From a plasmid, in the sequence record AP025967.1: 64,000 bases of DNA; one strand, given 5' to 3'. Shown here in pieces: positions 31,043-41,500 of the stretch (within the stretch, counting starts at the first letter, position 1; the number at the start of each line of letters is the position of its first letter). Under the pieces are notes generated by a model that was given only the letters and a program-made list of their open reading frames with translations, did no database searches and had not been told where the DNA came from. Made by a program: the position numbers and the translations under genes.

Positions 31043-31981
31043 ATGAAACTTAAAAATACTACAATAAGTGAAGATTTAGAGCGTTGGATAGAAGCTTATT
31101 TGAAACATATTCAAGCATTATCCTATTCAAATAATACTTTTTTACTTTATAGGCGTATTTTACTAGAATTTGTAGAATATTCTTTAGATTATCAAGATGA
31201 AATGCAAATAAACGATATAAAAACGACTTTTTTAGTCAATTTTCTTAATTATTTAGAAAATAATTCAAAAAATGGCAATAAACTATCAAAAAAAACAAAA
31301 ATAACTTATTTGAGAGCATTAACTAGCTTTTTTTCTTTTATAAGCGATAATAATGATGATTTGTTTATTTTTTCCTTTGATATGAAGAAAATTAGATTTA
31401 GAACAGAAAAATCAGAAGAAAAATTAAATTATCTTAATGAAAATGAAATTATAAGGCTAAATAATGTTTTAGAGAAAGAAAAAGCAAAAAAAGAAGTTTA
31501 CAATAGTTTTAGAAACTCTTTACTGATAAAACTTATGCTTTATGGAGGACTTAGAATTTCTGAAGCTTTAAATGTAAAACTTTGTGATTTTGAAGAGGTT
31601 GATGATGAAATATTAAAAATATCCATAATAGGCAAGGGCGGTAAAGAACAATTTGCATTTATTAAAAAAGAAGAAGTAGATGATGAGCTTGAATATTTTA
31701 AAGAAAATATCCAAGATAGTGATTACATAATGCAAACTAGCACAGGAAAACATTTAAACAGAAGTAATGCTTTTTTGATTGTAAATAATATTTACGCTAA
31801 AGCTTTGATCAGCAAAAAAGGACTTCATTTGCTTAGACACACTTTAGCCATGAGATTAACAGCCAAAGGAACAAACCTTGTGGTCATACAAAAAATTCTA
31901 AGACATGCAAATCTAAATACTACTACTATATATGCCAAAGCAACAAATGATACAATAAAAACTGCGTTATTGAATAATTAA
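31043..31981 (+). CDS. tyrosine site-specific recombinase/integrase (Xer/phage-integrase family)
   Basis: The C-terminal catalytic region has GGLRISEALN (R), LLRHTLAMRL (H-x-x-R) and LRHANLNTTTIYA (H, nucleophile Y). Confidence 0.75.
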   Translation: MKLKNTTISEDLERWIEAYLKHIQALSYSNNTFLLYRRILLEFVEYSLDYQDEMQINDIKTTFLVNFLNYLENNSKNGNKLSKKTKITYLRALTSFFSFISDNNDDLFIFSFDMKKIRFRTEKSEEKLNYLNENEIIRLNNVLEKEKAKKEVYNSFRNSLLIKLMLYGGLRISEALNVKLCDFEEVDDEILKISIIGKGGKEQFAFIKKEEVDDELEYFKENIQDSDYIMQTSTGKHLNRSNAFLIVNNIYAKALISKKGLHLLRHTLAMRLTAKGTNLVVIQKILRHANLNTTTIYAKATNDTIKTALLNN

Positions 31982-32023
31982 TTTTTCTAAAATTAATTAT
32001 TTACATAGACTTCTTTTTGAAGT

Positions 32024-32248
32024 CTATGCTGTGAATCTTTCTAATAAAAGTTTAGGTTCTCCGCGAAGTATTTTGATGAAATTTGCAATTCTTGATTGTA
32101 TCATTTCTACGGAATACATACCTCCTAAACCGCCTAAAGCATAAAATAATTCTTCGAAAATGTCTTCTTTGTTAAATTCAAGTTCTTCTATATCAATAAG
32201 ATCAGGAGTTCGGCTACATTTTTGTAAATTTTGATATATTTCAACCAA
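32024..32248 (-). CDS. hypothetical 74-aa protein
   Basis: ORF only. Confidence 0.25.
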   Translation of the reverse strand: MVEIYQNLQKCSRTPDLIDIEELEFNKEDIFEELFYALGGLGGMYSVEMIQSRIANFIKILRGEPKLLLERFTA

Positions 32249-32477
32249 AATATTAATTCTTTCTGGATTATTTTTAGTTTTTAGATAAGAATTTAAGTGT
32301 ATGATTAGGGTTTTTATGAGTTTTTCTCTATTTTTTTATTTTCAAGAAAACTCAAGAGGACTGTGATTTATAGTTAAAATAACCAAAAGAACATACTTGA
32401 AAAATTAATAATACAAAAAACATATACTTTTTAAAAAATAAAATTTTTCAAATATAGAAAATCAATAGAAGAAGAGA

Positions 32478-32708
32478 AGTTTAGTTAAAAGTTTGTTTGG
32501 TAAGCCAAAGGGATTGTTCTAAACCCTGCAAAAGCAGGGGATACTCAATAAGCCTTGACATAGCAAAGCATTAAGAGTATAATTATTAGAACAATTTTGA
32601 GCATTAAACTCACCTCCCTTCTGGGCGGTAAATTAACGCTAAAGGGTTGCAGCCCCTTTGGCGTTGCACCCTTTTATAATTATACCAAACAAATTCTTTG
32701 ACTTCTTA
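32478..32708. repeat. MITE-like element copy 2 (left ~150 bp identical to copy 1, right transcript part different)
   Basis: TIRs agtttagttaaaagtttgtttggta / taccaaacaaattctttgacttctt. Promoter ttgaca(32545-32550)-17-tataat(32568-32573). Terminator hairpin before the ttttataatt tail. Confidence 0.6.
32545..32573 (+). promoter_or_regulatory. consensus TTGACA-17-TATAAT promoter inside MITE-like copy 2
   Basis: Identical to the copy-1 promoter. Confidence 0.5.
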
Positions 32709-32799
32709 ATACATTTTATTTATGATTGAATCTTATCTTTTAGCATAAGCAAGAAAAATATAAATTAAAAAATAAAATAATTCAATAGAAAGGAAGATA

Positions 32800-33036
32800 G
32801 GCTTAGTTAAAAGTTTGTTTGATACCGCAGGTAACCCACTCCAGTTGCCCCAAAAATGGGGCTTGGTTAATATGCCTTGACTATAAATAAACAAAGCAGT
32901 ATAATAACCACTAGAATGAGTTGTACGAACCTCATTGAGTTACCTCCTTTCAGGGGTTTCACAATTTAGCCGTAGGGGGTCAGCCTGCGGCTTAAACCCT
33001 TAATGTAATTATACCAAACAAATTCTTTAACTTCTG
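32800..33036. repeat. MITE-like element copy 3 (diverged; same TIRs, hairpin, TTGACT-17-TATAAT promoter at 32875-32903, terminated transcript)
   Basis: TIRs gcttagttaaaagtttgtttga / taccaaacaaattctttaacttct. Terminator hairpin gccgtagggggtcagcctgcggc. Confidence 0.55.
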
Positions 33037-33169
33037 AAACAATTTATGAAAGATTTTTGTATAAGTTTTAATATTTTAATGAAAATTTAGGTGTAAGCTA
33101 TAAACAAGAAGCCTTTCGAGCTAGCTAAGAATACTTGGCTTTAGTTAGGAACCTCCTACTTCTAAGCGT

Positions 33170-33385
33170 TAGCGAAAGTAGGAGTAATTCACAGTTTTCA
33201 TTGTTTTAAAATTTTTCTCTTTGTTATTAATAGATAATTTCGATATATCATATCTATCCCAAAAGATAAGCTCTAAGGGTCGTTGTAAAAAATGATAAGT
33301 TAAGCTTATAAAAATAATCAAAGCTATAAGCACACCACAAGGTATATAAAATCTTTTAAGTTTGTAAAAAGGTTTTTTTATTGTT
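33170..33385 (-). pseudogene. 5' remnant of a 42798..43562-like gene (IKKPFYKLKRFYIPCGVLIALIIFISLTYHFLQRPLELIFWDRY...) with ATA in place of the start ATG
   Basis: About 190 bp near-identical to 43440-43562, then unrelated sequence and a stop after ~70 codons. Confidence 0.5.
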
Positions 33386-33391
33386 TATCCT

Positions 33392-34393
33392 TTACTCTGC
33401 TTTAAGCTCTCCACCTTTAACCACAAGTCCATTAGAGTCTATAATTACTTCTACTCCACCTGCTTTAATGATAACACAATCAGGTTTTGCATTAATAATT
33501 GTTTCTCCTACCTGTATAGTCGCTTCGCTATCGGCTTTTAACTCATGAATAGTTTTTGCATAAGTTGTGATATTATCAGCTACCATGCTTGTATTTTTAT
33601 CACTTTCAAATCCTATGGATTCATTACTTGTAAAAAGAATATTATCTTTGCTTTTATAATCCATCTCTTTCTCGCTTAACACTTGCATTTTATCACTGAC
33701 ATTAATACCATAATGCCCCTCAACCACTTCCTTTTTATTCCCCTTCACATTTCTTATTTCATCTTTATGTATAATAGTATTTTGATTTGCACCTATTTCT
33801 ATGTCTTTGTTTTCTCCTACAAACTCATGAGAGTTTTTAGCCACTCTTACTTTATTATCTACTCCTACATTTAAGGTATTGCTTAATCCTACTATGGTAT
33901 CTTTAGATAAGCCTACATTAGTTAAGTATTCTCCTCCTACATTGACATTTTTAGCTAAGTCTATGGTTTGAGTATGAACCTTTTTAATCCTTTCATTATA
34001 AATTCCATCCACTATAGAATCTTTATCATTTAAAATTCTTTGAGTGAAATTATGTTGTACTAATTCATCATAATCCTTTTGGGCTTTTAAATAAATTTGT
34101 TCTTTATCTTTTATATTTGAGAGGGTAAGTTCATTATAACCTTCTTCATTAACACCTATGGTTTTAGAAGAAAGAGAAGTTTGGTGATCATTAAAAGGAA
34201 GATTTACTAAACTTGGATTAGCCCCATTATACAAACTAGAGCTCACATAAGGTTTATCTATATCATCATCTAAAAAAGAAATAATCACTTCATCTCCTAA
34301 CTTTCTTTGATAAGGGCTTTAGTGATTTTAAAGGGTAGGGGATTTGAAGTAGAATTTAAAATATCAAGACTCATATAAGAATTAAGGGACATT
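33392..34393 (-). pseudogene. vgrG: vgrG remnant: the first ~31 codons of vgrG fused out of frame to its last 298 codons, an internal deletion of ~1.5 kb
   Basis: 33337-34299 is near-identical to 47864-48826 (the encoded 298 aa are identical to the VgrG C-terminus). 34300-34407 is near-identical to 50342-50449, which carries the vgrG start and upstream region. Confidence 0.7.
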
Positions 34394-34536
34394 GAAGATC
34401 CTTTTAGGGGTTGAGTTTATGGTGTTTATAATTTGGTATAAATCCACTATGTTTTTAATTTTTATATTTATTATTTTAACACAAATAGTCTAAATTTGAG
34501 TAGAAAAAAGGAATGGCTTATTTTTGTTATTAAAAT

Positions 34537-35175
34537 CTATTTTTTATCTAAATTTACTTCTATGATATTAGATTCTTTTTCGCTGTTTTGTGTATTTTCT
34601 AAACGCAATTTTATTTTATTTGCACCCATGGGAGTTAAAATAGTAAAATATCTAGTATTATTTTCATAAAAACCCCAAATTTCATCAAATTCCAAATAAT
34701 TTGCTAATCCATATTCTTTAAACTTACATTCTTTATAGATTGATTTTAAAAATTTTGGCACTTCATTAATAATAAAAAGTATTTTGATTTTTTCTTTTTG
34801 AGAATTAATATCCAATTCTTTAATCAGATTATTTTGATATTCTTGCTTAATTATTTCTATTATTTTTTTATTATCACAATTTTTTAAATCATTAAGATTA
34901 ACATCCATTTCTTTTTTTAACTCTAATTCTTGAGGAAAATAATTTGTATTCTTATAATTAGAAGCTTGTGGTAATAATATATTTAATTGTTCATCACTTT
35001 TAAAAATTAATTTCGCTATATTCATAATTTTAATATTTAATTCTAATATAGCGTAAAAATCTTTTTTAGAAAAAATTTTATCTACACCTTTTTTCATATT
35101 TACAATATCTAAATTTTCATCAGATAAAAATTCTATAAGTTTATTTAAAAATATAGGTTGAGGAAGCATTACCAC
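34537..35175 (-). CDS. hypothetical 212-aa protein
   Basis: ORF. Overlaps the upstream gene by 7 nt. Confidence 0.35.
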   Translation of the reverse strand: MVMLPQPIFLNKLIEFLSDENLDIVNMKKGVDKIFSKKDFYAILELNIKIMNIAKLIFKSDEQLNILLPQASNYKNTNYFPQELELKKEMDVNLNDLKNCDNKKIIEIIKQEYQNNLIKELDINSQKEKIKILFIINEVPKFLKSIYKECKFKEYGLANYLEFDEIWGFYENNTRYFTILTPMGANKIKLRLENTQNSEKESNIIEVNLDKK

Positions 35176-35519
35176 CCTTTAAGCTCTAAGCTTTCAAGCT
35201 CTTCTAAACTCATTGCTCTAATTAAAATCCTTTCTTCTGATTGAATTAAAGAAAAATCTTGCAATTTCTCTAAAGCTTCTTTATACTCTAAATACCCCAA
35301 AGGCTCATCTTTGCTAATGCTAAAAAAACTCAGCCTCCATTTGGTTTCTTTATCTTCATCATCTAGTTCAAAATTTTCCCAAGGTTTTTTAAAAAGAATA
35401 GTATCTGTATCTTCACTTAGGGTGAAATTTATTATTAACCCATCTGGTGTTTCATAAAGTTTAGGCATAGCTTCATAAGCTTCTTCCCAACGTCCTTGTA
35501 AAAGTTTTAAATCTTCCAT
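35169..35519 (-). CDS. hypothetical acidic 116-aa protein (immunity-protein-like size and composition)
   Basis: ORF only. Confidence 0.35.
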   Translation of the reverse strand: MEDLKLLQGRWEEAYEAMPKLYETPDGLIINFTLSEDTDTILFKKPWENFELDDEDKETKWRLSFFSISKDEPLGYLEYKEALEKLQDFSLIQSEERILIRAMSLEELESLELKGW

Positions 35520-35603
35520 AAATTTTTCCTTAAATATAAAATGAAATTATAACTAAAAATCTTTTTATATTAAATTGCAAAATTTTTTATAGCTTTTAGT
35601 CTT

Positions 35604-36170
35604 TCAATTTTCATATACCATAACTTCACTAAAACTAAAACCTAATAAATTATTTTCTCTCACTATTTTTCTAAATTCACTTGATACAAAAACAGGTACT
35701 TCATCATCTTTAATTCTAAATATATGGCTTCCATCAAGTTTTGATTTTTTTAAAACAGCTTTAGTAATACTTAGATATTCATCATTATCACCCATATAAG
35801 TATATATAGAATGTTCATAATCTAAAGCCTCAAGTGATTTTATTACATGCATAATTTTACAATCATAATAATTTATTTCCTGATTTTTAATTTCTACATC
35901 CAAATATTGCACACAATCTTTGATTAAATTTTCCATTAATTTTACAAATTTAGGAGAGACTATACGCCAACCACAGTCATTGTGTATAAGACCAGTTAGT
36001 ATGCTTCCTTCATCTTTATCGATTTCAAATGTAGGTGTTTGCCAATTTGTGATAGGTTTAGATTCTAAAAGTGCATATTCATTATTATTTTTTATATCTA
36101 CAAGATTACAAGAGCACCAATTATCCACATCATTATGATTATAGTTATACATCATTTTATAATATCTCAT
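35604..36170 (-). CDS. candidate immunity protein for the upstream nuclease-like toxin (188 aa)
   Basis: Start overlaps the toxin stop (ATGA). Role is inferred from position only. Confidence 0.4.
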   Translation of the reverse strand: MRYYKMMYNYNHNDVDNWCSCNLVDIKNNNEYALLESKPITNWQTPTFEIDKDEGSILTGLIHNDCGWRIVSPKFVKLMENLIKDCVQYLDVEIKNQEINYYDCKIMHVIKSLEALDYEHSIYTYMGDNDEYLSITKAVLKKSKLDGSHIFRIKDDEVPVFVSSEFRKIVRENNLLGFSFSEVMVYEN

Positions 36171-36946
36171 TGTTTTCTCTCCTTATAGTATTCTTTGCGA
36201 AGTATAGCAGGATTATTTTTGATTTCTTCTTTTAGTTTTTCAAATTCTTTTAAGAATTTATTCTTATCCCCTCTAGCTATTTTATCAATTTTCTTCATTT
36301 TTTCAAGAATGTATTCATGGTATTCATTGGGATGTCTTCCGCGATGTGGCATTTTAACTTTATTCCAATCTCCATCTAATTCTAAGTTATATTTTTTTAT
36401 TATTTTCTGAAATTCTTTAGTAAATCTTTTACTCTTATCAGTGGCAATGTGATGGGTTTGAATTGGTAATTGATTGTTTTTACCTCCTACCCCTTCCCAT
36501 CTTATCCTATCATACTTAATCTTAGCAAGAGGACTAGCTTGTATTTTAGCTAAAGCAAATTTAATCTTATTCTTTTTAGGTATAGTTAATATAGGATAAC
36601 CTTTATTACTTACTCCTATTAAACCCATTTGTAAAACAGAATGTTTATTATTAACTTTATGATCTGAATAAGTATAAGGAAATACCATAGCTACTTTAGT
36701 ACAAGGTCCTCCTAGTATAGGTGGATTTACACATCCACTTATACTAGCTCCTTGTATTTCATTATTAAGCATAATAGGAATATTGTCTGATTTTATTCTT
36801 TTAGCATTCTTTGCTTTTAACTTAACTCTACCTCCATGTAAGCATACTAAAGTATTATCTTCTAATATAGGATGCATACAAGAAGTATCAGGACTTATAT
36901 TAATATCTTTTATTCTAGGAATAAGGATTGTTCTTTTTCTAGCCAT
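36167..36946 (-). CDS. PAAR-like (DUF4280-like Cys motif) protein with C-terminal HNH/AHH-type nuclease-like toxin domain; candidate T6SS spike-tip effector
   Basis: N-terminal C.HGGRVKL...IPIML...GC.NPPILGGPCTKV is paralogous to the motif in 5203..6699. C-terminal QTHHIATDKSKRF ... MPHRGRHPNEYHEYI resembles Tox-AHH/HNH signatures ([AST]HH ... H.G.H...YH). Confidence 0.5.
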   Translation of the reverse strand: MARKRTILIPRIKDINISPDTSCMHPILEDNTLVCLHGGRVKLKAKNAKRIKSDNIPIMLNNEIQGASISGCVNPPILGGPCTKVAMVFPYTYSDHKVNNKHSVLQMGLIGVSNKGYPILTIPKKNKIKFALAKIQASPLAKIKYDRIRWEGVGGKNNQLPIQTHHIATDKSKRFTKEFQKIIKKYNLELDGDWNKVKMPHRGRHPNEYHEYILEKMKKIDKIARGDKNKFLKEFEKLKEEIKNNPAILRKEYYKERKQ

Positions 36947-37004
36947 GAAAAGTCTTGTGGGTTTTTAAACCCACTAAGATTAAATCAAATCATAAGGAAA
37001 GTAT

Positions 37005-37348
37005 TTACACAAAGCTAATTCTATTTTGCTTAATCATTCTAGCACGATTGATAAGAGCATAAAGGGCTATATCTTCATCATTATATATTTCTCCTTCAAA
37101 TTCTTCATCCCCATCAAACTCAATACTTTTCCATTCTATAATTTCTGCTTTAGCATTAGTGATAAAAGAAATATATTTATCTCTTTGTTTATCGTGTTTG
37201 ATACCTGCACATAAAGGTTTAAGTGCTTCATCATACCAAATCACTTCTAGATTTTCTTCTTTGATGATTTTTAGTGCTACTTCTTTTGTTAGATATTCTT
37301 TAATGTCTTTTCCATCGTATTTTTTTGTTCATAATTCATCTGCAACAT
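37005..37348 (-). pseudogene. small gene (~111 aa) broken by a 1-nt slip in an A7 tract (plus-strand T7 at 37320-37326); possible effector accessory or chaperone gene
   Basis: MNYEQK in one frame continues as KYDGKDIKEYLTKEVALKIIKEENLEVIWYDEALKPL... in the next frame, straight into ORF 37005..37244. Confidence 0.4.
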
Positions 37349-37394
37349 TTTATCAATAGCTTCTTTTTCACTATCAAAAGAATACTCAAGTTCA

Positions 37395-37545
37395 ACACCT
37401 CCTCTTTCTCAAGAAAGGACTGCGCTTATTAAGGCATACTTTTAGCTATGAAATTAACCGCCAAAGGAACAAACCTTGCAGTCATACAATAAAATTAAAG
37501 CATGCAAATCTAAATACAACAACTATACACAAAAGCCGATTATAA
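37395..37545 (+). pseudogene. degenerate 3' remnant of a second tyrosine-recombinase gene
   Basis: About 75% nucleotide similarity to 31835-31981 (the end of the integrase at 31043..31981), with stops and frameshifts. Confidence 0.5.
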
Positions 37546-37702
37546 TTATTTTTATGTCAAAAATCCTATAAAATATATTTCTTTTACTTTTTATTGCTCA
37601 TCTTTTCTAAATAAACTTTCTAAAATAAGTCAGTCTTCACGCCGATTTTTCATCCTGATTGATTGCATTAAAGTGAGCAAATTTAATTTATTTCAACTAA
37701 GT

Positions 37703-38566
37703 CTATTTTTGTTTAAAATATTGCGCATATTCAAAGGGTCTTTCTTTTAGTTTAAAATAAAATTTATTATGAAATTGGGTTGTGGTATTTAAAGTTTTTT
37801 GAAGAGTTCCTAAAGAATATTCTAAAGCCCCATTATATATTATCTCTTCTTTTTGCAAATAACCCACAGCATATTCCAAAGGAGAGGTATTTGAGAAAAA
37901 TAATTCAATAAGATTAAAATTTAAATGATTATTCGCTTCTATATAAAAAGGATGATTCTTATGTATTTTATAGGTAGCTAAATTAAAAAATAAATTATTT
38001 TTATCTTGATACAAACCTATATCATAAGCAATGATAAATTTTCTCAAACTCCATACAAGATAAGAATAAAATAAATCATCGCTAAAATCTACTACTTCAT
38101 AGTCATTTTTTTGCACCATTTCATCTAGCATTGAAATTAGTTCAAATTTATTTAAATTTTTATTTTCGATATAGTAAAGTTTAATACCATGAACTTGATT
38201 AATTTCATTAATATAAGAAGTTAAAAATTCAATATTATCTTTATAAAGTTTTAAGAAATATTTTTTTAATTCTAAATTATCTATAATTTTATAGGGGTTA
38301 TTTTTGAAGAAAAGTTCTTTAAGTCCTTCAAAGCAATTCTCACCAATATTAAAAGCTTTAAAAATGATATTTTTTTCTTTGATTATAATTTTACCTAAAT
38401 AAATGCTTGTTTCAAATTTGAAATTTCTCTTAAGATTATATTCTTTTTTTAAGAATTCTTCATCAAGTCCTTTTATACTCATATCACTTTGCAAGCCCAA
38501 GTAAATAGTTTTATCTTCTCTTATATTGGAGATATAATCTTTAAGCGGTATTTTTATAGTTTTCAT
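37703..38566 (-). CDS. hypothetical 287-aa protein immediately downstream of the large HExxH protein; candidate immunity protein
   Basis: ORF 12 nt after the effector stop. Role is inferred from position. Confidence 0.4.
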   Translation of the reverse strand: MKTIKIPLKDYISNIREDKTIYLGLQSDMSIKGLDEEFLKKEYNLKRNFKFETSIYLGKIIIKEKNIIFKAFNIGENCFEGLKELFFKNNPYKIIDNLELKKYFLKLYKDNIEFLTSYINEINQVHGIKLYYIENKNLNKFELISMLDEMVQKNDYEVVDFSDDLFYSYLVWSLRKFIIAYDIGLYQDKNNLFFNLATYKIHKNHPFYIEANNHLNFNLIELFFSNTSPLEYAVGYLQKEEIIYNGALEYSLGTLQKTLNTTTQFHNKFYFKLKERPFEYAQYFKQK

Positions 38567-38578
38567 TATTTTCCTTGA

Positions 38579-41500
38579 TTATAAACTTCTACCTATGAGG
38601 GTTTCTACATATCTTGGATCTCTTTCATTGGGCTGAATTTCATAAGCATCTTGTATAGCACCTATATTGCAACCTACTAAATAATTCTCACTAGGATCGC
38701 AAATTCTACTAAATTTATCAAAAATAATTTTCTCATTGATATAAGCTTTTTCAGAATAAAAAACATATCTGCCTAGAGCATCCATATTGTGATTATAATA
38801 TTTTTCTATATAAAAATGCCTACATTCGTGAAAAACCGTTTTTGCAAATTCTTTAAAATAAGCTTTTAAAATGTATTGATTTAATCTGACCTTATTTTCT
38901 TCATAAGCTCCAAATGATAAAGATCCGCTAGGCTTTTGGCTATAAAAGACTACATTTTCTAAAGGTAAATTAAATTCTTTACAAAGAGTTTGAGTTAAAG
39001 CTTTTAGAAAATCTTTACATTCTTTAAGATCTCTGTTTTTGTTATTTAAAAGCTCTGTGTGGAATTGTTTAAAACTTTTACCATTCTTATACTCTAAAGG
39101 TAAAATTTTATTAATTATGGTGCTAATATATTTGCCATCTCTATCTTGAAGATAATTTCCTTTATCTTTTTCTGATATACTTGTTAAAAATTCCTTATTG
39201 ATTAAATCAAATCTATAGTATATATAAGCGATTTTTCCGGCAAATTGAGGATAGGTTCTGAGATAGGTAAAAAAGTCTCTTTTTTCTTGATTTTTTAAAT
39301 TTGCCCTTAAAAACCAATTTGCCTCTTCAACACTATCGATTGATTTTTGTCGGTTAAGATTATATACATTAAGGGCTTTTAGCTCCTCTCTTGTAAATAA
39401 TTCTTTCACCCTATCATCTCTACCAGAGCCAACTTTAAAACTCATATCTATGATTTTATAAGCATCATTTAAATTAGGAAGTCTTTTAAATTTATTTTTA
39501 TCTTCATAAGCAAAAACTAAAGCATAATATTTATCAAATTCTTCTTCATTAGCCCTTGTTAGAGGTAAACTAAAGCCTATTTTTTCAAATTCTTCATCTT
39601 TTTCCTCATCATCCATTTCCCAGCATTCATGAAAATATTTACTTTCGTCTTTTAAAAACTTTATATCTTTAAATTCTAAATGCTCTTTACCTTCTAAAAT
39701 TCTTTGAAGTCCTGCTTCATTTTGAATTTGAGCTAAAGCCCAAACGATATTTACATCATCTTCTAAACCATCAACTTCGCATTCTACATAAGTCCCTGGT
39801 GCAAAATTTGCCTTTTCATCGATAATAATCCTTACACTTTTTTCAGCACTTACCACATCTTCATCTTCATCGAGTTCCCATTCTATTTCTTTTATGAAAT
39901 TTACTTTAGATTTCTCTTGCTTAGGATACTCTACTCTTAAAGAAACAATTCCTTCCTTCTCATCTTGTATAAACTTAGCTTGCTTACTTAAATCCTCTAA
40001 TAACTGTGCTTGTGCCATACCTATGCTACCATTACTGCCAAATTCTCCCTTTTCATTGATAGAGTAAAGATATAGATTATCTTTTATTATGCTTTGCTCT
40101 TTTTTATCTTTTTTGCTTGTTTTGTTTTCTTTTTCATTACTTTCTTTTATTTTTACTTCTTTAAAAGTTTTAGAACATTCTTTATTGGTATATAATCTTA
40201 CACAACATTTTCCCCAAGTTTTTCCTATTTCAAAGGGATAATCTTTTAAAAAGCTAGGGTTAGTATCTTTAGCTATTTCATTAATCTTTAAATAATATTC
40301 TCCTTCAGGCAAAGTGCCAAATCTATCTTTAATACTTTCATCATCATAATAAAAATAAGCTTTTTTACCTTTACTTGTATCTTTTTCATCTTGGTAAAAA
40401 TAATTTGCAATTTGCTTTTTACTTCTTTTTTCATTATCTGCCTTAGCAGTACCACTTCTTGCCATATAAGAATTAATTAATTCATTTCCTTTATAATGAT
40501 AGAGATTAAATCCATCATAAACTAAATGATCTTTTGCTTTAAATTTAAGTATGAGTCCAACTTTGTGATGGGTATAATTATTAAATATCCTTTTAGCATT
40601 TTGTAAAGGAGTAGGAAAATAAGCTTCACTTTCATCAAGCTTTACTTTAAAGCTATAACAATCACTAAAATACTTTTCTTTATCAAATCTTATTTTACCC
40701 TTTTCATCACTGCGTCTTTTTAGATTAACTACTCTTAAAGCTTCATCATGTTTAAAACCTTTGATAATGATTTTAGCATTAGCAATGGGTTTATTGTGTT
40801 CATCTTTTAAATATAAAGTGATAAAGCAAGGTTCTTTAGCACTGGATGAGGATTCATTTAAGGGTTCTTTTGAAATTTTGTTAAAACTTGTATTGTTGTA
40901 AACAATTTCTTTTTTAAGCTCTTTGGGTTCTAGTTTAATATTTAAACTTTCTTCTAATAAAGAATAATTTTTAATCTTTGCATTATGATTGTTATATTTT
41001 ATATTCAAATCCCCTAGAGAATTTAAATCCTCTTTATCGTATTTAAAATAATAAAGCAAATTTTCTTCTTTATCTTCAAATGAAAACTCATTATTTTCTT
41101 TTGCACCTAAAAGAAGTTTTTCGTAAAAAAACACTCTTGTATTAAATTCTTTAAATTTAATATCATATTCTTTTTCTATTCTTTTAATGTCAAGTAAAGA
41201 TTCATTTTTAATAAAAATATCGCAATGACTATCATAAATATGGATTAAATTTGACATCGATGAAGCATTATTTAAAAAGATAATTTTTTTATTTTTGTCT
41301 TTATTTTCTAAGATGAAATGGTTTAGGTTTTTAGAGTGGGAAGATAAAAGATAAAAATCTTGTTCTTTTATGCTATTTGTATTTTCTTTTGTATCACTTT
41401 CTTGATTTGAATTTTCATCTTGATTTAAATTTTTATTTATTTCTTTATTTTTATTTTTATTTATTGTTTCGTCTTTACTATTTATTTCTTTATTTACAAT

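Noticed and set aside
35920-37359. Plus-strand ORFs 35920..36138, 36195..36410, 36783..36968, 37026..37214 and 37159..37359
   Set aside because: They lie antisense to the immunity, toxin and small-gene ORFs of the minus-strand module. Their products are hydrophobic and low-complexity, typical of AT-rich antisense frames.
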